From positions 1-36,680 of IMG/VR virus record IMGVR_UViG_3300048577_000538: 36,680 nucleotides of DNA; one strand, 5' to 3'. Source of the DNA: a virus. Its lineage: Duplodnaviria > Caudoviricetes. Made by a program: the position numbers and the translations under genes. Shown here in pieces: positions 8,325 through 16,745 of this stretch; the first letter of the stretch is position 1; each line of letters opens with the position of its first letter. The notes under the pieces are model-generated. The model did no database searches. It was not told the DNA's origin and was given only the letters and a program-made list of their open reading frames with translations.

Positions 8325-10087
8325 TTCTTCCCTCCTGTTCTGGTCGATGTCGCCGGAAGTGTGAGCGCTACAGATGGAAGATATGGATGACCCCGGAACC
8401 TTGCCTTCCACCCCGAAGGATCAAGAGAGCGGCACGTAGCAACCTGTCTGTCGCAGGATCTATAATACGATACCGATTGCCCGGTTGCCGCCTGCCGCAA
8501 CGGTCTGTCGAGCGTGAGTTGCTGACCTCCAGTTACCGGGGTAGATGATACGACTGATCTTGATTCCCAAGCGTCGCCTGCTCCTGCGCAGAGTTTCCCG
8601 GGGGAATAGGTGTTTGCTGCCGCGCTGTCGCTTGTAGCCACTACTACGATACATCCTAAAGATGAAAGAAGGGTTCCAGTTTTCTCAAATGACGCATTCA
8701 GGTGCCCGCACCATGGGGACATAAAGTAGGTGTTGCAGCTCGGGCCAACAAAAACGCCAGGCCCTTCCCGGTCGAGGATTCCCCCGAGCCATTTGCATTC
8801 TGCTGCGTATTTTCTTCCAGTCTGAGGAGCGCTCGCAATTGCGCCGAACCACACTTGAGAAGCCAAATCGGCATTCAATGGCTCTGACTCGATTTCGTAA
8901 ACGCGCAGTTCTACGCTCGCCTCAAGTATATTCGGGCTGAACATGGCGAGCGGGTTACCGTCGAAAACAAAACTGTTCAGGGTGATGTTTTCACTGGATA
9001 GATCGAGCCCACCCTTGATGTTTTCATGCTCCATCGGAGCGGGCGCATATGTTCCGTCGCCGGTTCTCGTGAGCGGTCGCCAGCAATTTGTGAAGCGATA
9101 AACGTGCGGAGTCGGCAGCTTGTGTGTGATTTGATACAGGTATATTCTTCCTGGCTGTTGAGGGGTCTCTCCGCTTGTCCCCGTGATTTCCCATGGAACT
9201 TCTGAAAGTTTGATCTGAACATTCGCAATCTCTGGGGTTTCGTAATCAAGGGTAAGCACGCTCTCACCAAAGCGCATTGTTGATGAATGCGGAGCGTTTG
9301 CGGTGGCGGTTCCTGGCTTATACCAGAACGGAGCCGTGAACGATTGCCACTGTCCCCGCGATGCGACGAAGAACGCCAGAAGTGTTGCAATCTCCGCTTT
9401 GCTCAAGAGCGTAAAGCCAGCTTTAGATGTCCATCTAAAAGCCGCCTCTTCATTGCCGATAACCCGCTCTCGTTGCTGGCCAATTCCATCAAACGTCAAC
9501 CCACTCACTGGGGTTTCTGTCGGAGGAGAAGACCAATTCGGCAACAACGAAGAAGGCCACACTCCAGCGGTCGCCGTAGTTGATATTCCTATACGGTAAT
9601 CCCAAGGCGAGTCCTCCGTCAGGGTAAACCTGCACTGGGCCAGTGTTCCATTGATTGGCTCTATGTCGGGCAAGCTTGTTATGTGGCCAACAAGAAGCGG
9701 TGCGTAAATATGGGTAGCATCTAGGGTGGATGAAGCCGAGACAATGGACGAGATCGTCAGGTCAATTAGCTTCCTGGCGTCGTAGATTCTTCCTGCGTAA
9801 TCCGCTCCTATGAACTTATCCACCCATAGCGGAACACCGACCCATGACTTGCCAAGCGTTGCGAGTGTGTTTCTCAGCTCCTGCGCTTCATCTCCAGCGA
9901 GCGTAAGCATTACTCCTGCGGAAAGCATCTGCTGCTCTGCCCTTGGTCTCCGCCCTTCTCTATTTGATAGTCCTTCAGTAACGTCGCCGGCGAAGCTATG
10001 TGATATGGAAATAGACTTGCTCCAATCCGCCTCTGGTAAAAAGCAGACAATTTGAAGCGTTTCAGAGGACAGTGTAGTGAATGTCAT
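8321..10087 (-). CDS. Tail tip protein: distal-tail (DUF2460-like) region fused to DUF2163/BR0599-like hub with Cys cluster
   Basis: FFVASRGQWQSF motif; C-terminal CNT...WC and CDRQVATC...FRGHPYLP; lies between tape measure and NlpC/P60. Confidence 0.8.
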   Translation of the reverse strand: MTFTTLSSETLQIVCFLPEADWSKSISISHSFAGDVTEGLSNREGRRPRAEQQMLSAGVMLTLAGDEAQELRNTLATLGKSWVGVPLWVDKFIGADYAGRIYDARKLIDLTISSIVSASSTLDATHIYAPLLVGHITSLPDIEPINGTLAQCRFTLTEDSPWDYRIGISTTATAGVWPSSLLPNWSSPPTETPVSGLTFDGIGQQRERVIGNEEAAFRWTSKAGFTLLSKAEIATLLAFFVASRGQWQSFTAPFWYKPGTATANAPHSSTMRFGESVLTLDYETPEIANVQIKLSEVPWEITGTSGETPQQPGRIYLYQITHKLPTPHVYRFTNCWRPLTRTGDGTYAPAPMEHENIKGGLDLSSENITLNSFVFDGNPLAMFSPNILEASVELRVYEIESEPLNADLASQVWFGAIASAPQTGRKYAAECKWLGGILDREGPGVFVGPSCNTYFMSPWCGHLNASFEKTGTLLSSLGCIVVVATSDSAAANTYSPGKLCAGAGDAWESRSVVSSTPVTGGQQLTLDRPLRQAATGQSVSYYRSCDRQVATCRSLDPSGWKARFRGHPYLPSVALTLPATSTRTGGKK

Positions 10088-10088
10088 G

Positions 10089-12242
10089 TTACACCTTTAT
10101 CCCTATTGCGCCTCTATTCTGGCGCATCATGTGAACAAAGTGGTTTCTATAGTTCGGATCTCGCTGGAGCTCTTCCAGATAGCCGGTATTTCGATGGTCA
10201 ATTACAATGGTTCGCTCCGGTTTTGACTCACCCGAGAAACCGGAACCGGCCGAAGCCCCTCCGCCTATAGTCGACGTTGCAGGCTGAAATGCGGGCTTGG
10301 TGATGTTTGATATCGGGCTGATCATCGCCCCTGCGTTCAGGGCGCTTACTCCGCTTTTTCCAAGCAGGGACGTTGCCCGCGCATTCAGCACGGCCTCTGT
10401 TCCGTTTTCATTTACGGAGATTATTTTTCTCCCGCCCTCGATGACTCCACCAGACTCGAATTTTGTCAGGCTGGATATGAGCGCCATCATCCCGATGATA
10501 GACGCCCCGAAAACAACAGGGCCAAGAATTGGGCCCAGCTCCATAATCGAACGGAACATGCCGGCAATTCCGGTTGCGGTCGATTGCGCCCCGGCTGCTG
10601 ATACCGTCATCCCGGTGGTTGCGGCGTTCTCCCCCGCCGAGGCGGCTACTCGAGACGCCGCACCAGCTGCGGCGATACTCGTCTTGGCGCTCTCCGTCGT
10701 TGTGTGAAGCGTCAGGTCTTTCGCGTGAAACATGGCCGACCATGCAGCCATGATAGTGTGCTGGAATGCCCAGTCTGCCACCATCTGCGCTCCGGCCTGT
10801 ACGAAGTTCGTAACTACAGAGTTCCACAGGCTCTTGAGTTTCGAGGTGAACGAGCCTCCCTTGAGCAGCATATCCGAGAAAGCACTACCAAGAGACGTGC
10901 GAATGGAAGCGCCAACCTTGGTAAAGGTGCGCTCGATCTGGTCGCCCCGCGTCCCAATCTCGTTGATTTGGCTGAGAAGCGAACCGGACAGTCCAGACGC
11001 CGCACTTTGATAATGCTTCGATGGATCGCTGAAGTCTTTCCCGTATTTGCTGTTCTTCTGGTCGAGCGTTTCGGGGTTTTCTCCTATGCCCTTGTTGTTT
11101 GCCGTCTGCTTTTTCCCGAGTGAACCAAGCTCACTCAAAAGGCTTTGAGCGTTCATGCCTGGATTCGCTGCGGCGAGATCCTTCAAAGCTTGGACCTGCT
11201 TCTCTATCTCTTTATTTTCCTCCTTGAGCTTCGCGATTCTCTGCTCGCGTTTTTCGGAGTCGGTGAGCGCGTTGTTGTTCCCGATGTCGTTCAACGCCTC
11301 GTCGTACTTTTCAATGGCATCGCGGGCCGTGTTTATCGCAGGAGTAAAGCCGCCCGTCGCCTCGAATTTCAGCTTCGCGATTTCAAGGTTGAGCTTGGCA
11401 ATGGCTGCGGCTGCATCTTCCGAGGAAATGAAAGGGTTTCCGCTTGAGTCGAACATCCTGGTCAGGTTCTCGACCTCGAGAATCTGCTTTTTGTAGCGCT
11501 CTACCGGGTCGCCAATTTCTCGATACTTCTCAGCGGTGGTCCCAAGGGCGTCGTTTACACGCTTGATTGCAGCTTCGGTTTTCTCGCGCTCTTCCACCTC
11601 GGCTTTATTGGCGTCTTCGGAGGATTTTGCTGCGTCTGACTCAGCGTTCTTTTTCTTCTCTGCGATTTTCCTTTGTATCTCGTCGATCTTCGCGGCTATT
11701 TCTTGGGCTTGCGCCGCTAGCTCAGCGGCCTTTGCAAGATCGGCATCTGATGCAGCAATTTTTACGTCTTCCACATCCAAAGCAATGTCACCCACTAGGC
11801 CATAGTCGGCCTTGGGTCGCATTACCGTCTTTGGTCTTTTGAGTTCTTCAGAGTCCCGCATCAGCTCCTTCTGCTTTTTGAGCAAATAATCGAGTTCCTC
11901 GTTATCAGAGCGCCGAGCATGAAGCATCCTTTCAAGGGTCTGGAGCTGTTTGCCGGTCGATTCTTCAATGGCCTTGGCGTATTCCGCAGCCTCCTTGAAA
12001 TGGTCGGTTATCGCTCCCGCAAGTTTCTCCGCGACTGCAAATCCAGATCCGAGTCCCATGCCTCCAAGAAAGTGCTTCGCAATGTCAGGCATTGAGAATT
12101 TCCTTTCCATGCGCCGCCCGAAGTTTTCCCAGTCTTTTCCTGCCTGGTCAACTTTCTGACGCACGCTTTCAAGTCCAGCCGCGACCTGGTTAAACCCGGC
12201 AAGGTCAGCGGTTGTCGCAAGTTTGATGTCGATTTGTGGCAT
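10089..12242 (-). CDS. Tail tape measure protein
   Basis: 717 aa, Ala-rich helical/coiled-coil; C-terminal FESGGVI...VNENGTEAV motif; position. Confidence 0.85.
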   Translation of the reverse strand: MPQIDIKLATTADLAGFNQVAAGLESVRQKVDQAGKDWENFGRRMERKFSMPDIAKHFLGGMGLGSGFAVAEKLAGAITDHFKEAAEYAKAIEESTGKQLQTLERMLHARRSDNEELDYLLKKQKELMRDSEELKRPKTVMRPKADYGLVGDIALDVEDVKIAASDADLAKAAELAAQAQEIAAKIDEIQRKIAEKKKNAESDAAKSSEDANKAEVEEREKTEAAIKRVNDALGTTAEKYREIGDPVERYKKQILEVENLTRMFDSSGNPFISSEDAAAAIAKLNLEIAKLKFEATGGFTPAINTARDAIEKYDEALNDIGNNNALTDSEKREQRIAKLKEENKEIEKQVQALKDLAAANPGMNAQSLLSELGSLGKKQTANNKGIGENPETLDQKNSKYGKDFSDPSKHYQSAASGLSGSLLSQINEIGTRGDQIERTFTKVGASIRTSLGSAFSDMLLKGGSFTSKLKSLWNSVVTNFVQAGAQMVADWAFQHTIMAAWSAMFHAKDLTLHTTTESAKTSIAAAGAASRVAASAGENAATTGMTVSAAGAQSTATGIAGMFRSIMELGPILGPVVFGASIIGMMALISSLTKFESGGVIEGGRKIISVNENGTEAVLNARATSLLGKSGVSALNAGAMISPISNITKPAFQPATSTIGGGASAGSGFSGESKPERTIVIDHRNTGYLEELQRDPNYRNHFVHMMRQNRGAIGIKV

Positions 12243-12288
12243 GGTATTTTCAGTTGATGCGTTTTCAGTTACCGCCTAGTCGTGGAGT

Positions 12289-12540
12289 ATGTCCCCATCT
12301 ATACTAATACTTACCCTACTTGCACTTGTGCTGATCTCGTTTTTTGTATCCAGATTTCTTAGACGTCACGGACTGATAAACTTCATGTGGCTTTTGGCGT
12401 CTGTTTTTGGGCTGGTATCTATTGCGGGAATAATTTGCTCAGAGGACAGAACCCTGTTCGCGGTGTTGCTGCTTGCTTCGGTTGTCTCGTTTGTCGGTGG
12501 CGGTGTTCTCGAATTCCTACAGAGGATTGAGCGGAAGTAA
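12289..12540 (+). CDS. Small 3-TM membrane protein inserted antisense in the tail operon (moron)
   Basis: Three hydrophobic segments; fills the gap between chaperone and tape measure genes exactly; GGAG and a possible TTGATG-N17-TAGTCG promoter upstream. Confidence 0.7.
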   Translation: MSPSILILTLLALVLISFFVSRFLRRHGLINFMWLLASVFGLVSIAGIICSEDRTLFAVLLLASVVSFVGGGVLEFLQRIERK

Positions 12541-12678
12541 TCAGGCAGGCTTCCAACCCTGCTTTTTCCGAAGCTCGTTCGTCTGGCTGGCGAAAAGATC
12601 AATGTCCAACAGCGTGCAGTGGTCCAAGTACTCGGCCTGATAGCCGGCATCTATCAGGTATGCATAAAGTCCTCCCAT
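12541..12678 (-). CDS. Tail assembly chaperone C-terminal part (gpT-like; -1 frameshift product or separately initiated 45-aa ORF)
   Basis: MGGLYAYLIDAGYQAEYLDHCTLLDIDLF, in the -1 frame relative to 12678..13118; TAATG overlap. Confidence 0.65.
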   Translation of the reverse strand: MGGLYAYLIDAGYQAEYLDHCTLLDIDLFASQTNELRKKQGWKPA

Positions 12679-13118
12679 TAACTCTGCTTCGCTTCGCCCA
12701 AAAGGGCTTCGATTTTCGACAGTATGCCGGTTAATGAGTTTTTTATCTCGTCGTCCAAATTGATTTCCAGCCCGGCGTTGACCAGGGCAAGAACGTCGCC
12801 CCAGTCGAGCGTTGCGAGTTCGGTAGCGCTGATCTCGGTCGTGTTTGTTACGAGGGTTGTGATTAGTTCTTCGCTCTGCGCCACGACTCCAGGGAGCTTC
12901 GAGTAAAACGAAGCGGCGGCAGAGGGCTGGTCGGCCTGTTTGTCGTCGGTCTTTTCGGGCTTCGGTGCGGAATTTCCCCATAGCGCCGAGGCTACCCCGA
13001 TGACTTCTTTGATAAACACAGAAGCGGGTTTCCACGTGAGTCGACGAACTCGGATGACCCGCTCTCCAGTAGTGGAGAGAATCGTCACGTCTTTGCTTCG
13101 CTGCTTGATCGTGTCCAT
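12678..13118 (-). CDS. Tail assembly chaperone (gpG-like)
   Basis: Between major tail and tape measure genes; in-frame slippery heptamer near the 3' end. Confidence 0.75.
   Translation of the reverse strand: MDTIKQRSKDVTILSTTGERVIRVRRLTWKPASVFIKEVIGVASALWGNSAPKPEKTDDKQADQPSAAASFYSKLPGVVAQSEELITTLVTNTTEISATELATLDWGDVLALVNAGLEINLDDEIKNSLTGILSKIEALLGEAKQS
12738..12744 (-). promoter_or_regulatory. Candidate -1 ribosomal frameshift heptamer A AAA AAC
   Basis: Codons ATA AAA AAC in the gpG frame; the -1 frame is open to the stop at 12541. Confidence 0.55.
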
Positions 13119-13120
13119 GG

Positions 13121-13609
13121 TTATGCAGCGATTGTGCTGTCAGCCGTGAAAATCACCTGTCCGCTCTTTTTGCTCGTGACGACGAGGGTGGGGGTCGTGA
13201 AGTCACCACCTCCGAGCGTCAGATCGCCAGAGCGCTTGATTGAGGCAGGGAAGATATCCGAGACCAGAGCGCATTTGCCCGTCGCGTCGTTCGCCGACGG
13301 GGTCCACATCTGGACGGTCCCAAGAGCATTTCCGGAAAGACCACCAGCAAACAGATCGGTAACGAGCCTCTTGGCTTCGTCGACGGGGAACTCAAATGTT
13401 TCATTCCCTTCAGTGCGGTATTCGGCCACTACCCGAAGGACTCCGGTTGAGTCCGGGCGCTTGATGGTCGCATATTTCGAATCGTCCTTATGGACGACTT
13501 TTGAAGTACCGAAAACGATAGCGGTTCCGCTCGTTGGCGTGAATTGAATGATTGAAAGACCCGCCATGATTGCCTTGGCGGCGTCGAATGTGGCAGTAGG
13601 AAGAGCCAT
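13121..13609 (-). CDS. Major tail (tube) protein
   Basis: 162 aa, beta-rich and T/G/A-rich; position upstream of the chaperone. Confidence 0.7.
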   Translation of the reverse strand: MALPTATFDAAKAIMAGLSIIQFTPTSGTAIVFGTSKVVHKDDSKYATIKRPDSTGVLRVVAEYRTEGNETFEFPVDEAKRLVTDLFAGGLSGNALGTVQMWTPSANDATGKCALVSDIFPASIKRSGDLTLGGGDFTTPTLVVTSKKSGQVIFTADSTIAA

Positions 13610-13624
13610 GATCTTTTGTGTGGT

Positions 13625-13738
13625 TTAGTGTTTGGTTCTGACGAAATTAATCAGTGGAAGAAGTAGGGCGCGGAACGCCTTCCCGGCGTGCCGTATTGAG
13701 CATCCGGCATGGTAGTAGGCTTGTTTTATCGCGCTCAT
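13625..13738 (-). CDS. Possible 37-aa micro-ORF (MSAIKQAYYHAGCSIRHAGKAFRALLLPLINFVRTKH)
   Basis: ATGA overlap with the upstream stop; fills the gap before the tail tube gene; below the ORF-track cutoff. Confidence 0.35.
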   Translation of the reverse strand: MSAIKQAYYHAGCSIRHAGKAFRALLLPLINFVRTKH

Positions 13739-14172
13739 TGCAGGATCACTGGAACGGTAAAGGATACGACGTGAAGAATGTATCCGTTTTCCGACTTCGC
13801 TGGCATGTAGCTCGTAACGTTTGGGACTTGCTCAAACGGAGCAGAACGCACACGAATTGCTGCGACGACTTGGTTCACGAGTCCCATATTCTCAGGCACG
13901 TGCGCAACCTTCGGGCTTTCCGCGATGAACACTTCAAATTCCGCCTCAAGGAGAGTTGATCGAGAATCGCTGGAGGCTCCCTGTTTTTCGTGCGCTTCAG
14001 GAAGACCGATTTCGATACAGACCCCCGTCGTTTCCAGCGAAGATGCGATTGCCTCACGTGAGATCTTGTCATCCGTGAAAAGCGAATAACAGATGGGAGC
14101 GCCGAGCGCAGCCAGGGCAGGAACGGCCATTAGCCTGCCAGAAACATAGGTCTGTAATTCGTCGAGTTTCAT
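13735..14172 (-). CDS. Putative tail terminator / completion protein
   Basis: 145 aa alpha/beta protein; synteny. Confidence 0.6.
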   Translation of the reverse strand: MKLDELQTYVSGRLMAVPALAALGAPICYSLFTDDKISREAIASSLETTGVCIEIGLPEAHEKQGASSDSRSTLLEAEFEVFIAESPKVAHVPENMGLVNQVVAAIRVRSAPFEQVPNVTSYMPAKSENGYILHVVSFTVPVILQ

Positions 14173-14822
14173 GCTGCGTTAAAAACTGAAAAGAAATTTT
14201 CTCGTTCCTTGCGCTCAATATAAATGAGCATGTCGGCAGCCGCTTCGGTGAGTGCTGTACTCACGATTCCGTAACGTGCATCGACTTCCTCCAGCCCGTC
14301 GGTCATTCCGACAATGCGCAAATATCCGTCTCCTTTTTCTGCATACCCGAGCGGTCGCCCGGTCTTGTTTCTCACGTAATAAATTCCCCTGACTTGTGAG
14401 AATCTGGCCCTGAACCAAAGAAACGATGCGGCAAGTGCCCCGATTCCTTTCTGTCGTATGGCGATTTCTTTACCTACGTATTTCTGCCAGAGAGAAACGC
14501 GCTGCTTTATGTTTCGCAGGTTCGACTTCTTGATTGATCTGCGAAGCTCTTTTCGGGCAGCAAGGTATTCATTAAGCAGCGACCTTCTGACGAGAGTACC
14601 GCGCCCTTCTTTGGTGCGGGTCGCAAGCTCTGCAAGGGCAAGCCCCTTTTTGACTTTTCCGGGTCCACCAAATTTCCGCTCGGCGAATCCCTTATACAGC
14701 CTGATCCCGAGGTCCCTCCCCTTCTTGTCCAGCATATCATCCAGCGAGCGGCGGGTGAGTTGCACGTAGCGCGAAAACACTACATTAAACTCGCCGATGT
14801 TCGTGGTGATCATGCTGCTCAT
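14169..14822 (-). CDS. Putative neck / tail-completion protein (HK97 gp10-like position)
   Basis: Basic 217-aa protein upstream of the terminator; ATGA overlaps at both ends. Confidence 0.55.
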   Translation of the reverse strand: MSSMITTNIGEFNVVFSRYVQLTRRSLDDMLDKKGRDLGIRLYKGFAERKFGGPGKVKKGLALAELATRTKEGRGTLVRRSLLNEYLAARKELRRSIKKSNLRNIKQRVSLWQKYVGKEIAIRQKGIGALAASFLWFRARFSQVRGIYYVRNKTGRPLGYAEKGDGYLRIVGMTDGLEEVDARYGIVSTALTEAAADMLIYIERKERENFFSVFNAA

Positions 14823-15079
14823 TTCGTTTCCCTGCGGTCCATGCGGTCCTTGATTGCGGCAGTGCGTTCGTCGATGCGCTCAAGAAGCTGCTGAGTCCTC
14901 ACCGTGACATCCTCAAGTTTTTCAATGCGGCGCTCGTTGCGTGCGTCGCGCTCCTCTCCCTGTGAGATTCTGGATTGAGTCACGCCCCACGTAACGCCAG
15001 CGGATGCGACCGCCATCAGGGCAGAAATCGCGACTGCTACCGTTGCGCGGATTCCGGTATTTGGTGTTAGTGCGGTCAT
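14819..15079 (-). CDS. Single-TM plus coiled-coil membrane protein (XhlA/holin-like)
   Basis: TVAVAISALMAVASAGVTWGV then RIEKLE...LERIDERT coiled coil; start reassigned to 15079. Confidence 0.65.
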   Translation of the reverse strand: MTALTPNTGIRATVAVAISALMAVASAGVTWGVTQSRISQGEERDARNERRIEKLEDVTVRTQQLLERIDERTAAIKDRMDRRETK

Positions 15080-15099
15080 TTTGGATACGCGGTTGGTTG

Positions 15100-15453
15100 C
15101 TATTTCGCGGACACCTTGCCTGTTTTCTTCCAGGCATTCATCAGCGCCCATTTCTGCACAGCCTCGGACGTTACCCTGAAATTCTCTCCATCGGTGGTGA
15201 CGCCGTAGTCCTTGACCAATGCAGGCGAGAACTCTTTCCCGTAGGTCTCGATAAGGGCGTTGTACCGAGCGAGCGCTGTAGGGGTGACGATGATATAGCC
15301 ATCAGCCACGGCGACGACGCCACTGTTTTGCTGGCCACCGTCCCAACTTGCCTGCGTTGCGACGACTGGCTGCGGCACAATGGTCGAGCTGCAAGCGGCG
15401 GTCCCAACGACAGCGACGAGCAGCAAAAACGGAATAAGAAAACGTGCTTTCAT
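15100..15453 (-). CDS. Lipoprotein (possible o-spanin-like)
   Basis: Signal peptide with lipobox-like TAAC. Confidence 0.7.
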   Translation of the reverse strand: MKARFLIPFLLLVAVVGTAACSSTIVPQPVVATQASWDGGQQNSGVVAVADGYIIVTPTALARYNALIETYGKEFSPALVKDYGVTTDGENFRVTSEAVQKWALMNAWKKTGKVSAK

Positions 15454-15456
15454 GGT

Positions 15457-15654
15457 TCAGTCGGCGAGAATGTTGCGGATCGTCTTTTCGTCCTTGGCCG
15501 CGAGGGCCTTTGAGGCCGTATCCTTGATCTCCTGATCTTTGCTTCCCTTGGCTGCGGCCTGCATCTCGGGCGTGTTTTCGCGGACGGCCTGCTCTCGCTT
15601 GAAGCCGAAAGCCTCCTTGAGAGCGGCAAATGCGTTGGAGAGTAATTCAATCAC
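15457..15654 (-). CDS. Small helical protein (possible i-spanin-like partner)
   Basis: Amphipathic N-terminal helix plus charged helix; ATGA overlap; directly upstream of the lipoprotein. Confidence 0.55.
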   Translation of the reverse strand: MIELLSNAFAALKEAFGFKREQAVRENTPEMQAAAKGSKDQEIKDTASKALAAKDEKTIRNILAD

Positions 15655-16166
15655 GGCAAAGTAGCGGTTGAGGCTGCGTTGTGCATTGCTACCCCGGCGG
15701 CGATTCCGTCAGTGATGGCGGCGATGATCTTTTGGACGTGTTCATTCGTCGGGATGATCACCTTTTCGCCTCCGCAAGAAACGTATAGGTCATACGCATC
15801 CATGAATGCCTCTGCGTATTCAGCGACCTGCGACGCGGTAAGTTTCGGCGCAAGTGCGGCAATCTGGGTTTTCACGCTCTCAAGCGTAGGAGTGCCAGTG
15901 AACACAACAGCAACGCTAGCGGAAATCGCTGCAACCTCAGTCGAGTACGAGGGGTTGTTATCCAAGACAAATTTTGTCGGCCACTTGAAACCCGTCTTGG
16001 TAACGACGGCAACAGTGTCCCAGTTTACGGTCTTGGTTGTGACCGTGGTTCCGTCAGACGAGGTGGTTGTCGCGGTCGTGCAGCCGGAGATGGAAAGACC
16101 CGTGAAAAGCCCTGCGAAAACGCAAAGAGCGAGCGTAATAAACGAGAGGATACTGTTTGTTTGCAT
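15651..16166 (-). CDS. Second lipoprotein / membrane protein
   Basis: Hydrophobic N-terminus ending ISGC, then a Thr-rich linker and a helical domain. Confidence 0.7.
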   Translation of the reverse strand: MQTNSILSFITLALCVFAGLFTGLSISGCTTATTTSSDGTTVTTKTVNWDTVAVVTKTGFKWPTKFVLDNNPSYSTEVAAISASVAVVFTGTPTLESVKTQIAALAPKLTASQVAEYAEAFMDAYDLYVSCGGEKVIIPTNEHVQKIIAAITDGIAAGVAMHNAASTATLP

Positions 16167-16167
16167 A

Positions 16168-16446
16168 TTATTGTACTTTTGGTTCTGAATCGAAAGAGGG
16201 CTGCACTGGCTTGATAACCGGCAGCGGATTATCCGAAAAATAGTCGATGGCTTCCCACATCACTGCGGCACCGAAAACGGAAAGCAGTGTGGCGAGATTT
16301 GGAATTGGGACGTAGGCCGGGACTGTGCAGGCCGCCGTGGTGATCCCGCCCGTGAGCTTCACGGCTTTGATTCCTGCATTCCAGCACGACGCCAAAACAC
16401 CGAGGGCGTAATGCGCGGAGTATGTTTTCAGTTTCGATAAGTTCAT
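16168..16446 (-). CDS. Holin-like small membrane protein
   Basis: 92 aa with hydrophobic segments and a terminal NPLP motif; first gene of the membrane cluster. Confidence 0.55.
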   Translation of the reverse strand: MNLSKLKTYSAHYALGVLASCWNAGIKAVKLTGGITTAACTVPAYVPIPNLATLLSVFGAAVMWEAIDYFSDNPLPVIKPVQPSFDSEPKVQ

Positions 16447-16455
16447 GGGGAATAA

Positions 16456-16743
16456 TTATTGGCTGGCGGTTGACGGGTCCAAGGTGACTTGAGCGACCTG
16501 AGACTGTGCGGCAGTGAGCTGCGCAGTGAGTGCAGCGATCTGCTCATGCGCTGCATCGAGACTGGAGCCGATAGAAGCGATGGATGACTGATACGCTGCA
16601 GATCGCTGTGCATCATACGCCTCAAGAGCGAGCTGGATGTCGCTCGTGAGCTCAGGGCGATTTGCGATGGTATCGGCGAGGGCTCCAGCTGGGATGCCAT
16701 TGACGAGAATATTACTCGGAGAGATTACGGTAATGGTAGGCAT
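16456..16743 (-). CDS. Hypothetical coiled-coil protein (possible fibre chaperone)
   Basis: Directly after the fibre gene; heptad-like C-terminus. Confidence 0.6.
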   Translation of the reverse strand: MPTITVISPSNILVNGIPAGALADTIANRPELTSDIQLALEAYDAQRSAAYQSSIASIGSSLDAAHEQIAALTAQLTAAQSQVAQVTLDPSTASQ

Positions 16744-16745
16744 GG

